Below the pieces are notes generated by a model. That model saw only the letters and a list, made by a program, of their open reading frames with translations, had not been told where the DNA came from and made no database searches. This document shows positions 1 to 10,050 of a DNA stretch of 34,443 nucleotides, piece after piece. The stretch spans positions 83,102,218 through 83,136,660 of the forward strand of contig NC_068984.1 of the NCBI RefSeq assembly GCF_001194135.2. The letters run 5' to 3'. Made by a program: the position numbers and the translations under genes. The DNA is from Octopus bimaculoides (Eukaryota). The number at the start of each line of letters is the position of its first letter. Within the stretch, counting starts at the first letter, position 1.

Positions 1-32
<32 letters not shown>

Positions 33-748
33 AAAATAGGACAAGGTAGAATATATATATATATCTGAACAACTCAACCATTACTTCAGAAATTATTGGT
101 AGAAAGTGAAAGATTTTTTGAGAAGCTGTCAAAAATACTTGGAATGAACAGAGGTACATCCTGATTTCATTATAACTTACATAACTTAGATATATTTAGG
201 CCAAGGATTGGCCCAGGCCATGTCTAACTTAGTAGCAATCCGATACTTTCGTTGTTTAATACATTTCATTTGAATGTTTAAAACTCATCTTACTGCAGTG
301 TACCGTCATTTTTCATTTACACCGATATGTGATCAATTTGACGTAATTTCTAAAATGTGATATCTCCCAAATATTGAGTACTAATGCAACTGACTTCTAT
401 GAATCCTGCACAAGAGGTCATTGGTATTTCAAGTACTCGCAATGAAAACAATTTCACTGTTTCTGCATTGACATTAGCTCAGAACATATACAATATGTGG
501 CTCTAGAAATGTCACTACGATCCTGTTGAAATTCAGTGACATTATCATGATGGATATTATTCATTATCAACATGGAATTCGAAGACATGATTAAGCAATT
601 TAAGAAGTTTACGTTGAATGAATAATAAAGAAAGTATGCAATAATGAAAGTCTTACAGAACGGAAGTATTCATTCGAACCACAAATAAATAAAAAAGGAA
701 AAACAGAAAAAGTTCGCTCTCAACGTGTCGGTTCTTAATGTCCGCCAA

Positions 749-1307
749 AACTCGTAATTTGATTGGTTGTTGGAATGCTATAGCGTTAACGCTGATGTAA
801 TTGGGTAGAAAATACCGGTTCCGAATATAAAATGTAAAATGAGAGGTGAAATTGGAATATGGAAAAATAGAAAAGAAAAAGAGAAAGAGACGAATAGAGG
901 AGGAAAGGAAAGAAAATACAAAAAGAAGAGAAAAAGAGATTTATAACTGTTATACAATATGCTGATTGAAAAAAACCGATATGAACGATATATGCAAATG
1001 ACAAATGGAAAAAAAATCCCAGAAAATGAAAAAAATGAAGAAAAGAAAATGGTTTTATAGGCATTTTATAAACGAGATATAGGATTTTTTCAATCAGCAT
1101 ATCATAAAATAGCTCTAAATCTTTTTTTACTCATATTTTTTATTTTCTGTTCTTATTTTCGTCACTTCTTCCTATTATTCTATTTTTCAATTTTCGAGTT
1201 ACATTTCCCATTTTACATTTCGTATTCGAATAATCGCTATTTTTTTACCTAATTATATCTATACTAATGCTATAGAAAGCCCACCCAAAACAATCAAATT
1301 ACAAGTT
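749..1307. mobile_element. Foldback/MITE-like element with long degenerate inverted arms (about 230 bp each)
   Basis: AACTCGTAATTTGATTG (749) pairs with CAATCAAATTACAAGTT (ends 1307). Inner ATATGCTGATTGAAAAAA (957) pairs with TTTTTTCAATCAGCATAT (ends 1102). Left arm is purine-rich and right arm pyrimidine-rich. No TSD identified. Confidence 0.7.
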
Positions 1308-1449
1308 TATTTTTAAATATTCTGTGACATTATAACGGTATGTTAAATCATATGCTTATACCTGTATGTTCATTGTTAATCCAACTACTATAAGATGAAC
1401 CGAAATATGGAGCGATCGAGTCGTGTAAGTTTCAGCTTCAATTAAAAAT

Positions 1450-2090
1450 TGTCTGTATGTTTGTATGTGTGCATGTATATACATATACATAGCAACATGT
1501 ATGTATGTATGTGTGTGCGTATATATATANNNNNNNNNNNNNNNNNNNNNNNNNNNNNNNNNNNNNNNNNNNNNNNNNNNNNNNNNNNNNNNNNNNNNNN
1601 NNNNNNNNNNNNNNNNNNNNNNNNNNNNNNNNNNNNNNNNNNNNNNNNNNNNNNNNNNNNNNNNNNNNNNNNNNNNNNNNNNNNNNNNNNNNNNNNNNNN
1701 NNNNNNNNNNNNNNNNNNNNNNNNNNNNNNNNNNNNNNNNNNNNNNNNNNNNNNNNNNNNNNNNNNNNNNNNNNNNNNNNNNNNNNNNNNNNNNNNNNNN
1801 NNNNNNNNNNNNNNNNNNNNNNNNNNNNNNNNNNNNNNNNNNNNNNNNNNNNNNNNNNNNNNNNGTATGTATGTATGTATGTGTGTATGTGTGTATGTGT
1901 GTATGTATGTGTATATATATTCATACACATACATATACATGCAAACGTACATACATAAACGCATGCAGTCATACATACATGAATACATGCACGCATACAC
2001 ACATACATAATGCATACATACATGCATGAATGCATGCATGCATGCATACATACATGCATACATACATACATGCATGCATGCATACATACG
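1450..2090. repeat. Compound TATG/CATA/CATG microsatellite spanning assembly gap 1530-1864
   Basis: Direct inspection. Confidence 0.95.
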
Positions 2091-2152
2091 TGTTAAATTT
2101 CAGTAAAGCCATGGAATGATAAAAGCAGTACTAATGAACTTACAACAATGTA

Positions 2153-2660
2153 CAGGGTGTCCTAAAAGTCACTGATGGGTTTCAATTTTTAATAACTTTC
2201 TTAACTTTACAAATAAATGCATGAAATTTTGATACGATATTAAGGACATAATGGAAATTAATATGCATTAATCGAATTTTGCAACACTACTACATCACAT
2301 ATGAAAAATGACATCGCTTAAATGGTAGCCATTTCCGGTTTCGCACTCCTGTGCTTCCAAAACTTGCACCATAATACCCTCAAGAATTTCAGACCCCAGT
2401 TCTCTGATTCCTCTTTTTATGCTCTCCTTCAGTTGCACCAGTTTTTCCGGTTTGTTGACGTAAACCTTCTTAGATATACCCACAAGAAAAAATCCAGGCT
2501 AGTCAAGTGTGAGGAACGTGAAGGCCATTCAAAGTAGACCTCACACATGGTTCCAGCAAGATGGAGAAACTGCTCATACCGCAAAAGAAACAATGCAGTT
2601 TCTACGGCAGTGCTTTGGAGAGAGAATAATCTCCCGCTACGGCAATGTCAACAGGCCTTC
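2153..2660 (-). mobile_element. Tc1/mariner relic, rosa/DD41D-like, 3' part with an internally inverted segment
   Basis: TA|CAGGGTGT terminus at 2151-2160. Minus strand about 2528-2295 reads WPSRSSHLTSLDFFLW then, after a frameshift, KKVYVNKPEKLVQLKESI...GNGYHLSDVIFHM*. Plus strand 2548-2661 reads [38 protein letters not shown]. Confidence 0.85.
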
Positions 2661-2695
2661 ACACACATATATATAGATTTATGTATACATATACT

Positions 2696-2756
<61 letters not shown>
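2661..2756. repeat. (TA)n microsatellite
   Basis: Direct inspection. Confidence 0.95.
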
Positions 2757-2759
<3 letters not shown>

Positions 2760-2907
2760 CGAAGACGACGTATGTGTGTTTTGTTTTTATTGAAGGACCT
2801 GCGCAAATTATTTGTTTATACTATGTGCTGTCCACTCACTCCATTAAATCGACAATGCCTGCACATGTGCGCAATTGTGCCTCTCGTCAAAAGTCGAACT
2901 AATCGCC

Positions 2908-2967
2908 GAGCAACGTGAAATAATGTCTGTTGCTTAAGAACGTCGGTCCGGAAATCGAAACCACGAT
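2908..2967 (-). mobile_element. tRNA-derived SINE fragment (5' region)
   Basis: Reverse complement gives GATCGTGGTTTCGATTTCCGGACCGAC (B-box-like) followed by GTTCTTAAGCAACAGACATTATTTCACGTTGCTC. It is truncated at the adjacent MITE. Family assignment is from recall. Confidence 0.5.
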
Positions 2968-3300
2968 CGGAACCCTTAAGAAAGTCATTCACTATATTTT
3001 GTCATAGAGAAAACATTTTGCTGTAGACAGGTAGGTGTAAACACACCCTATCAGTTCTCAGCGCCTTCTAACCAGATTCCTGGATGTATGAATTTCGGAG
3101 TAGTTTTCACCCCACCTCTGCACCCGAGACCGGAAAAGTAGATGTTGCTGTCTGACCAGATAGACAGGTCTCTCTTATATATCCGTACTATGACTGGTCA
3201 GGGAACGCTGCAAACTAACTTTGTGTGTTTATACCTATCTGTCTACAGCGAGAAATTTTCTCCATTAGAAAATATAGTCAACGGCTGTTTTACGGGTTCG
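2968..3300. mobile_element. MITE with about 110-bp imperfect terminal inverted repeats
   Basis: GCTGTAGACAGGTAGGTGTAAACACAC (about 3021) pairs with GTGTGTTTATACCTATCTGTCTACAGC (about 3223). Similarity extends out to GAACCC/GGGTTC and in to about 3080/3193. Confidence 0.8.
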
Positions 3301-3372
3301 AATATGTCTAAATGATAACAAATTTGTATTTATTAACATCTCTGCTTATTATTTTTTCTAGTCCCAGAGACT

Positions 3373-3497
3373 AAAAATGTGAGGTTTAACCACGGTTATC
3401 ATCGTTTCAAGGCGATGCTAAAAATACGTTTACAAAACGGAGCTACTTGTAAGTTTGGCTTACATTTTTCTCTGGTCCTCTTTAGCTTTCTTATACA
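3373..3497 (+). repeat. Dispersed repeat, copy 1; inverted partner at 5337-5440
   Basis: A 31-nt exact core GCGATGCTAAAAATACGTTTACAAAACGGAG (3412-3442) is the reverse complement of 5392-5422. Flanking similarity covers about 100 bp. Confidence 0.8.
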
Positions 3498-3925
3498 CCG
3501 CTTATCTTAAGCAAAACACAAAGTCTGGCAAATACACAGCATGTACGCGCGCGCGAACACACACACATTTATATATATATACAGATATATATATATACGT
3601 ATACATATGCATATATATAAACGTAGATATGAATATCTATAAACAGGCACATATGTGCGCGCACGCACACATATATATCATTTCTCAATTTTTCTTTACA
3701 AGAATTTTCGTATGAAACGAAGTGATGAAATCGATATTATAATATTTTGCCTGAGTAATACTGATTATATTCAGAGTCAATAAACAATCACAAACCATTC
3801 TCCACAGTTTTTGCTTATATCCTCAGTATGTTTTTGTGCCACAGCTTTCTGTGATCTTCTCAAAGAGCTTAAATTAAATGGTGAATTTAAACTCATTGAA
3901 AAGATCACAGAAATGTTGTGATAGA

Positions 3926-4120
3926 AAAACATAGAAGGAATAGAAGCAAAAACTGAGGTGAACGATGCTTGTGTGCGTGTGTTTATTGGCTTTATAACCA
4001 CTATGGCTCATGGCTTTCCCCAGGTATAACAGTATAACAACACGCAACTCAAATCATACACACACACACACGTGTGTATGTATATGTATGTATATGTATG
4101 TATATGTATGTATATGTATG

Positions 4121-4180
<60 letters not shown>

Positions 4181-4183
4181 CAC

Positions 4184-4227
<44 letters not shown>

Positions 4228-4446
4228 TAGATAGATAGATAGATAGACATACATACATATAGATACACATATTTGTATATATGTATACGNNNNNNNNNNA
4301 AAACATAGAAGGAATAGAAGCAAAAACTGAGGTGAACGATGCTTGTGTGCGTGTGTTTATTGGCTTTATAACCACTATGGCTCATGGCTTTCCCCAGGTA
4401 TAACAGTATAACAACACGCAACTCAAATCATACACACACACACACG
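3926..4446 (+). repeat. About 147-bp duplication (3926-4072 and 4300-4446) across a 10-N gap; probable assembly artefact
   Basis: The copies are identical except for one C in a homopolymer, and the second starts exactly at the gap edge. Confidence 0.8.
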
Positions 4447-4516
4447 CACGCATATACATGTAGGAATTGTACAAAAGTTTTAAAACTAACTGGTATGGTA
4501 TTCATTTCTCTTTAAG

Positions 4517-4615
4517 ACTGACGGCAAACCAACAGAATCAGATCTACTACTTTCAAAACTACTGTACACTCGTTCAGCAAAATGTTGCTAAATCCCTATC
4601 TGTCGTCTACCATAG
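4517..4615 (+). other. Candidate 99-nt internal exon (phase 2-2), product unknown
   Basis: Acceptor TTCATTTCTCTTTAAG| and donor AG|GTAAGT. Only one frame is open: LTANQQNQIYYFQNYCTLVQQNVAKSLSVVYH. No homology recognised. Confidence 0.3.
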
Positions 4616-4636
4616 GTAAGTCCACACGAATTATTA

Positions 4637-4770
4637 AGGTAAAAAATCCTTTTCGGTCATGAATGACCATGGGATTGCACCTAGAATGTTCCCCTCCGAG
4701 GTACAAGTCGGGGCAAATTATTTATGGAAGACAAGCTGTCGCCCATGCGTATCAGCCTCCCCTCTCCACG
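4637..4770 (-). mobile_element. 3' portion of a SINE, possibly the same family as 2908-2967
   Basis: CCTTTTCGGTCATGAATGACCATGGGATTGCACCTAG...GTCGCCCATGCGTATCAGCCTCCCCTCTCCACG matches my recollection of an octopus SINE tail in reverse orientation. Confidence 0.55.
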
Positions 4771-4979
4771 AAGGAATAGTCGAATGTTATCGAAGGAATA
4801 GTCGAATGTTATCGAAGGAATAGTCGAATGTTATCGAAGGAATAGTCGAATGTTATCGAAGGAATAGTCGAATGTTATCGAAGGAATAGTCGAATGTTAT
4901 CGAAGGAATAGTCGAATGTTATCGAAGGAATAGTCGAATGTTATCGAAGGAATAGTCGAATGTTATCGAAGGAATAGTC
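4771..4979. repeat. Perfect 22-bp minisatellite (AAGGAATAGTCGAATGTTATCG) x9.5
   Basis: Nine identical head-to-tail units plus 11 nt, with no spacers. Confidence 0.95.
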
Positions 4980-5336
4980 AATATGTCGCAATGCAAAATA
5001 TTTGCGTGAAAGAAGTCTGTTGTTTCCAACTGCTCTATTTGATCATGAACAGTTCTATGAAATTTTGTGAAGAACTATGCAGAGCGAAGTAGACATGAGG
5101 AAAATGTCATCAAAATTGTGCACACTGAAGTTTATCTTAGCTTCATCGAAATACATGAAATAAATGTGTATAAACATGCATGTGTTTCAGTACTGTTTAA
5201 ACTTTAATCTGATTTTTAATATCAACACTCAACGTTCATCATCATCATCAGCAGCAGCAGTAGGAGCAACGACAATAACAACCGAGCAATTTGAGAGCAG
5301 TCACATTTGGAATTAGAAAGAGAGTGAGAGAGAGAG

Positions 5337-5440
5337 CGTATAAGAGGTGTAAAGAGAACTAGAGAGAAATTTAAATCAAACTTACGAGTATCTCCGTTTT
5401 GTAAACGTATTTTTAGCATCGCTTGAAACCTCACATTTTT
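5337..5440 (-). repeat. Dispersed repeat, copy 2; inverted partner of 3373-3497
   Basis: Reverse-complement similarity to 3373-3497. Confidence 0.8.
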
Positions 5441-5621
5441 CCTGTTTCGTTTTATCGTTCTTTTTTTACCGCAGAGAAAAAAGTGATGATGGTGAGTGGG
5501 GTAGCGGCGGAAGTTTTGCTAGTTATTATATCTTCAACTTTTAATGTCCATGAAGATGATATACAAGATCGTAAAAATAGCAAACGAGTCATTGAGAGAA
5601 CCTCTATATAATTGATCCAAT

Positions 5622-5748
5622 GATCCTACTAGAAATAGCAGCCATCTTTTTCCCCTGTCGTTCCCTGCAGAGATGCATAGCATGAAAAGTCTTTGACCGT
5701 AAGTTTGTTAGCTCAGGGCTAACTTGAACCTATACAACAACAACAACA
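5622..5748 (+). mobile_element. Degenerate (AAC)n-tailed retroposon, family B
   Basis: CTACTAGAAATAGCAGCC...TTTGACCGTAAGTTTG...CAGGGCTAACTTGAACCTA followed by a CAA tail. Reverse-homologous to 25728-25925. Confidence 0.5.
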
Positions 5749-5972
5749 TCTCTCCCCCTTTCTATCTATCACTCTCTCTTTCTCTGTCCATGTATCTTTT
5801 GAGAAGCTGAGCCCAAAAGTAATTTAACTGACTTCTAATAACACTTAATGATTATGTGTGTTAAAAGTATTTGTGTATTTAACACATACTAAAGTAAATA
5901 ACCAACTAAAAATAAATGTGATAGAAAATAAACAATGTTAATCAATGGCTTATATCATTTTGACATCTCTGT

Positions 5973-6016
5973 GTAATAAGTGAGTAATAAGTGAGTAATA
6001 AGTGAGTAATAAGTGA
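5973..6016. repeat. 11-bp tandem repeat GTAATAAGTGA x4
   Basis: Direct inspection. Confidence 0.9.
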
Positions 6017-6129
6017 AGTACTATGTAAATATACATTTATAGATATAGGGAAATAGAATTGCTTGAAAATAAAATAATTCAGAAACATTATTCACATGAA
6101 AAACTTAAAATGGCAACGAAAGGGGGGTG

Positions 6130-6357
6130 CTCTTATTTCTTTACTGTCCACAAGGGGCTACACACAGAGGGGACAAACAAGGACAGACAAACGAATTAAG
6201 TCGATTATATCGACCCCAGTGCGTAACTGGTACTTATTTAATCGACCCCGAAAGGATGAAAGGCAAAGTCGACTTCGGCGGAATTTGAACTCAGAACGTA
6301 GCGGCAGACGAAATACCGCTAAGCATTTCACCCGGCGTGCTAACGTTTCTGCCAGCT
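6130..6357 (-). mobile_element. SINE family A copy
   Basis: Reverse complement reads GAGCTGGCAGAAACGTTAGCACGCCGGG...GAGTTCAAATTCCGCCGAAGTCGACTTTGCCTTTCATCCTTTCGGGGTCGA. Homologous to copies at 9108, 9361, 9835, 17063 and 19734. Confidence 0.85.
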
Positions 6358-6567
6358 CTTGACGGACAGAGAGCATTATGTGAATCGGTTCAGATCTGTA
6401 TCTAGTTACCCTGATCAGCGAGCGGACATTACTGAATAATGCTGCACATTGGCTTAGTGCTTCCAAATAATATAGTCAACACTGTCAAAAGGTTTTGATT
6501 GATCTAACTCGGTCAGTATTTCAACAAAATTATCAAATATGCGCGTAATCATCTCTACGAAGATATA

Positions 6568-7714
6568 CAGAGCGTTCGGGATAAACTTGACGATATTTTT
6601 ATGTCTCTTTGTTTTTCAGGAATAGCTTGATATTTTGATGAACAGTCAACAGCGTTGGAGAGCATAAAGATTAAGGTTGTAATTAGGAATAAGTTAATTG
6701 GCATGGAAGAATTGGAAACGAGTTACTTGTGTCAAGACGTTTCGAGCCGAATATCAAAATGTTGACATCATGACTGACGTCCAACTCTCTGTGAACATTG
6801 TAAAGGCTGTAAGACGTGACATGGACTGCTTCAAGGGAGACTACAAAGCCGTAGCCAGCAGTAAGGGACACAGGATCAATTCAGACGGCTATGTGAAGCT
6901 GCTGGAGACCTTAGCTGGAGAGGGTTGCTACTGGAAGGCCATATGTGTGACAGTAGGATTCGGATCCTTAGCATATCTCTGGAAAGAGTCATCAGTGTTT
7001 GTCAGAAAATTTCTACGAGCTCATTTGCCCCAATTTCTGTCCTCCTAATTCTCCCAATTGTAATACTATGTGTGGGTCCCGGTTGAGAAAGACACCAGCC
7101 GCTCTCCCTGTAACAAGGCTGAGCCGGTGGCCAAGATTAAGGAATTGTTTGAAAATCTTTTCAGTGACACAGTGAGCAATGCATGCGTCAGGTTCCAGAA
7201 CATTCTTGAGGCTGTGATGGCAGCTGAGAGCAGCTACTATGAGTAAACTGTTATCTCCCTGTTATAATCTAATTCAGTGGTTCTCAACCAGGGTCCATAT
7301 AAGATTTTTGGTGGTCTACACAACAAAACAGTAAATTGGAGATCGACAATAGTATTCTAAGTGCCTCTGAAAAAATTTTGCTTTAGATATATATATTGGT
7401 ATCTATTGCAAGAAACAACTAGGTTTCTTTCTCTGACATTTTACATAGTTCAACCTACACAAATTAAAAAGAAATTTTGAAAAAAGTTTCTATAAAACTA
7501 GTTTTTAAACATCGAATGGCTATGGGGGTCCATCAGAAAAGATTAGTAATCAAAGGGGCCCATAGTTAAAATATAGTTGAGCACTCCTGATCTACTTGAT
7601 ATTTTTTGAGATTTCTAAATACTCTTATTTTGGGGATGGAATATCGTGTGTTTTTTTTGTTTTGTTTTGTTTTTACCTTTTATGCAATCTGTCAAATTTA
7701 GCCCGAATACTCTG
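6568..7714 (+). mobile_element. Tc1/mariner maT/DD37D-like element, internally deleted, both TIRs present
   Basis: TA-flanked TIRs CAGAGCGTTCGGGATAAACTTGACG and rc CAGAGTATTCGGGCTAAATTTGACA (20/25 identical). Frameshifted transposase remnants include GHRINSDGYVKLLET, GRPYV.QQDS, CPPNSPNCN and VEKDTSRSPCNKAE...AESSYYE*. Confidence 0.9.
7275..7589. mobile_element. Non-autonomous hAT element nested in the maT copy
   Basis: Termini CAGTGGTTCTCAACC and rc CAGGAGTGCTCAACT. 8-bp TSD ATCTAATT (7267-7274) / ATCTACTT (7590-7597). Subterminal GGGTCCAT motifs. Confidence 0.88.
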
Positions 7715-7754
7715 TATTTATTATTGCCTGCCCATCTCTCACCAAACAGTTCGA

Positions 7755-7858
7755 ATATTTGCAACTGAAACATTGAACACATCTGTTTGAATCATGTTGT
7801 TTAGATCCTAAGAAATTGCCAAGCCCTACTCTCAGTGCAATCGTTTCAGTTGCAATAT
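7755..7858. repeat. Small inverted repeat with about 20-bp arms
   Basis: ATATTTGCAACTGAAACATTG versus CAATCGTTTCAGTTGCAATAT. Confidence 0.6.
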
Positions 7859-8944
7859 CTTTCCTAGAAACCATTTGTTTTCCATTAACTATTTTTAATT
7901 GCTATTTGCTTATTCAAAATAAATGACTTTACTCTAAAATTACCTTCTAAATGTCACTGATCCTTTATTATAAATAATAGTTCTCGGAAATTTTTATTTA
8001 ATTAAAATGAATGAATGAGATCCCCATCTATTTTCACTTAATTAGCTCCCACTTCCGATCACTGTAGGCCATACGCACTGAAAACAACACATTCAGCTTC
8101 CAGTGACCAAGTTCCTGCAAATTCATCGCCATTTTTTAACTATCGTATTCAGTTCAAAACAAATGCATAAAATGTAGCTGGTGAAAAGTGTTGTTATAGC
8201 TGTCGTCCTTTTCATTACTGTTGCTATGTTTCGTACTTTTGTTGACAGTATTACTACTAATTTGAAATGTCATATAAAGAAGATACACATTTAATGCATT
8301 GTCACATTAAAGCTATATCCTAAATTAAATTCCAGATGATCCAATAAATGCTGTACGCGCATTATTAATTAATTAATCAATTAATTAATTAATTAATTAA
8401 TTAATTGATTAACCATTTACCATGCTGCTAACGAATGTACTGTTGTGTAAATTATCAAAATGATTTTAGCTGAATTCTGGTTTACATTCACCATAACTAG
8501 CTATAAGCTGTTAATATCGTTGGAAATAGAGAAGGGGGCTAAATATTCTCAGATGAGATTCTCTAAAATGTCGAAAGCGGTCAGAATGTTTCCACTTTCT
8601 GCCCATAGAAAAAATTTTTTGAAATTAGTTTACGTTTACTTACATTTCATGTCAACGCTAAATTGCCATTGCTACGTTAACGGTACAATTTACATTACAT
8701 TTAAAATTATTTAATAAACACTGTGTATGCATAATTAAACATTTCTACTGTCAACGTTATAGCTATTGCTGTTATTGAAGCATCTTTCTCATGCATCTAT
8801 ATAAAGATTAACGTTTTTGTTTTTATGCTGTCATTATTCACATGGGTGTTGTGGAGATAATTATTATTAAAATTATTTTGTAAATGTTTCAACACGCAAA
8901 TTATATTTTCTTTACTCTCTAGAAAGAGAATGGTAACCGCTGCT

Positions 8945-8957
8945 TCTACTACTACTG

Positions 8958-8990
<33 letters not shown>

Positions 8991-8991
8991 T

Positions 8992-9027
<36 letters not shown>
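8945..9027. repeat. (CTA/CTG)n trinucleotide repeat
   Basis: Direct inspection. Confidence 0.9.
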
Positions 9028-9107
9028 CGCATTTAACATCTCAAATGACGGCAACCTTTTCCGCAAGTTTATTTAAATTCATTTATCACGTAAATTTGTC
9101 TTAATAA

Positions 9108-9318
9108 TAATGGCTTCAAATTTTGGCATAAGGCCAGCAAGTTAGTGGGGATGGGGGTAAGTCGATTATATCAATTGGTATTTATTTTATCTACCCCGAA
9201 AGAATAAAAGGCAAATTCGACCTCGGTGAAATTTGAACTCAGAACATAAAGACGGACGAAAAAAATGCCGCTTAGCTTTTCGACCGGCGTGCTAACGATA
9301 CTACAAGCTCACCGCCTT
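9108..9318 (-). mobile_element. SINE family A copy
   Basis: Reverse complement begins AAGGCGGTGAGCTTGTAGTATCGTTAGCACGCCGG and has the B-box-like GAGTTCAAAT. Confidence 0.8.
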
Positions 9319-9360
9319 AATAACATTGCTGAAGATGATGATGATGATGATTATGATGAT

Positions 9361-9565
9361 GATTTTGGCACAAAGCCAGCAGTTTTGGGGTAAAGGGGAA
9401 GTCGATTACATCGACACCAGTGCTCAACTAGTACTCTTTCTATCGACCCTGAAAAAATGAAAGGCAAAGACGACCTCCGTAGTATTTGAATTGAGAACAT
9501 AAAGACGGACGAAATACCGCTAAGCATTTTGCCCGGCGTGCTAGCGATTCTGCCAGCTTACCGCT

Positions 9566-9567
<2 letters not shown>
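9361..9567 (-). mobile_element. SINE family A copy
   Basis: Reverse complement reads GCGGTAAGCTGGCAGAATCGCTAGCACGCCGGGCAAAATGCTTAGCGGTATTTCG. Confidence 0.85.
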
Positions 9568-9616
<49 letters not shown>

Positions 9617-9801
9617 TGATGATGATGATGATGATGATGNNNNNNNNNNNNNNNNNNNNNNNNNNNNNNNNNNNNNNNNNNNNNNNNNNNNNNNNNNNNN
9701 NNNNNNNNNNNNNNNNNNNNNNNNNNNNNNNNNNNNNNNNNNNNNNNNNNNNNNNNNNNNNNNNNNNNNNNNNNNNNNNNNNNNNNNNNNNNNNNNNNNN
9801 N
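9568..9801. repeat. (AAT)n(GAT)n microsatellite plus gap 9640-9801
   Basis: Direct inspection. Confidence 0.9.
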
Positions 9802-9834
9802 AGGAGGGAGAGGGGAATAATTGTTATTATTAGA

Positions 9835-10050
9835 AAGGCGGTAAGCAGGCAGAATCGTTTGCACGCCGGGCAAAATGCTTAGCGGTATTTCGTCCGTGTT
9901 TATGTTCTCAGTTCAAATTCCGCCACGGTCTACTCTGCCTTTCATTCTTTCGGGGTCCATAAAATAAGTACCAGTGGCATACTAGGATCGATCTAATCGT
10001 CTTATCCCTTCCCCCAGAACTGATGGCCTTGTGCCAAAATTTGAAATCAT
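9835..10050 (+). mobile_element. SINE family A copy
   Basis: AAGGCGGTAAGCAGGCAGAATCGTTTGCACGCCGGGCAAAATGCTTAGCGGTATTTCG...CAGTTCAAATTCCG. Confidence 0.85.

Noticed and set aside
1395-1424. Possible 30-nt exon (DEPKYGAIES) with GTAAGT donor
   Set aside because: The acceptor is weak, it is too short to assess, and such hits are expected by chance.
1356-2087. Long ORFs rich in Y/I/H/T/C/V/M or X, here and at about 11.9k, 26.4k, 27.3k, 29k, 31.2k, 32.7k and 33.4k
   Set aside because: They are translations of microsatellites and N gaps.
3926-4446. Tandem duplicated ORF (MVIKPINTRTQASF...)
   Set aside because: The second copy starts exactly at a 10-N gap and is essentially identical, typical of unmerged contig overlap or haplotype redundancy.
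4771-4979. CRISPR-like array
   Set aside because: The units are contiguous with no unique spacers, there are no cas genes, and the context is eukaryotic. It is a minisatellite.
8050-8136. Minus-strand AAAAAATGGCG start-like context (MAMNLQELGHWK...)
   Set aside because: The ORF is only 32 codons, with no convincing donor and no recognisable homology.
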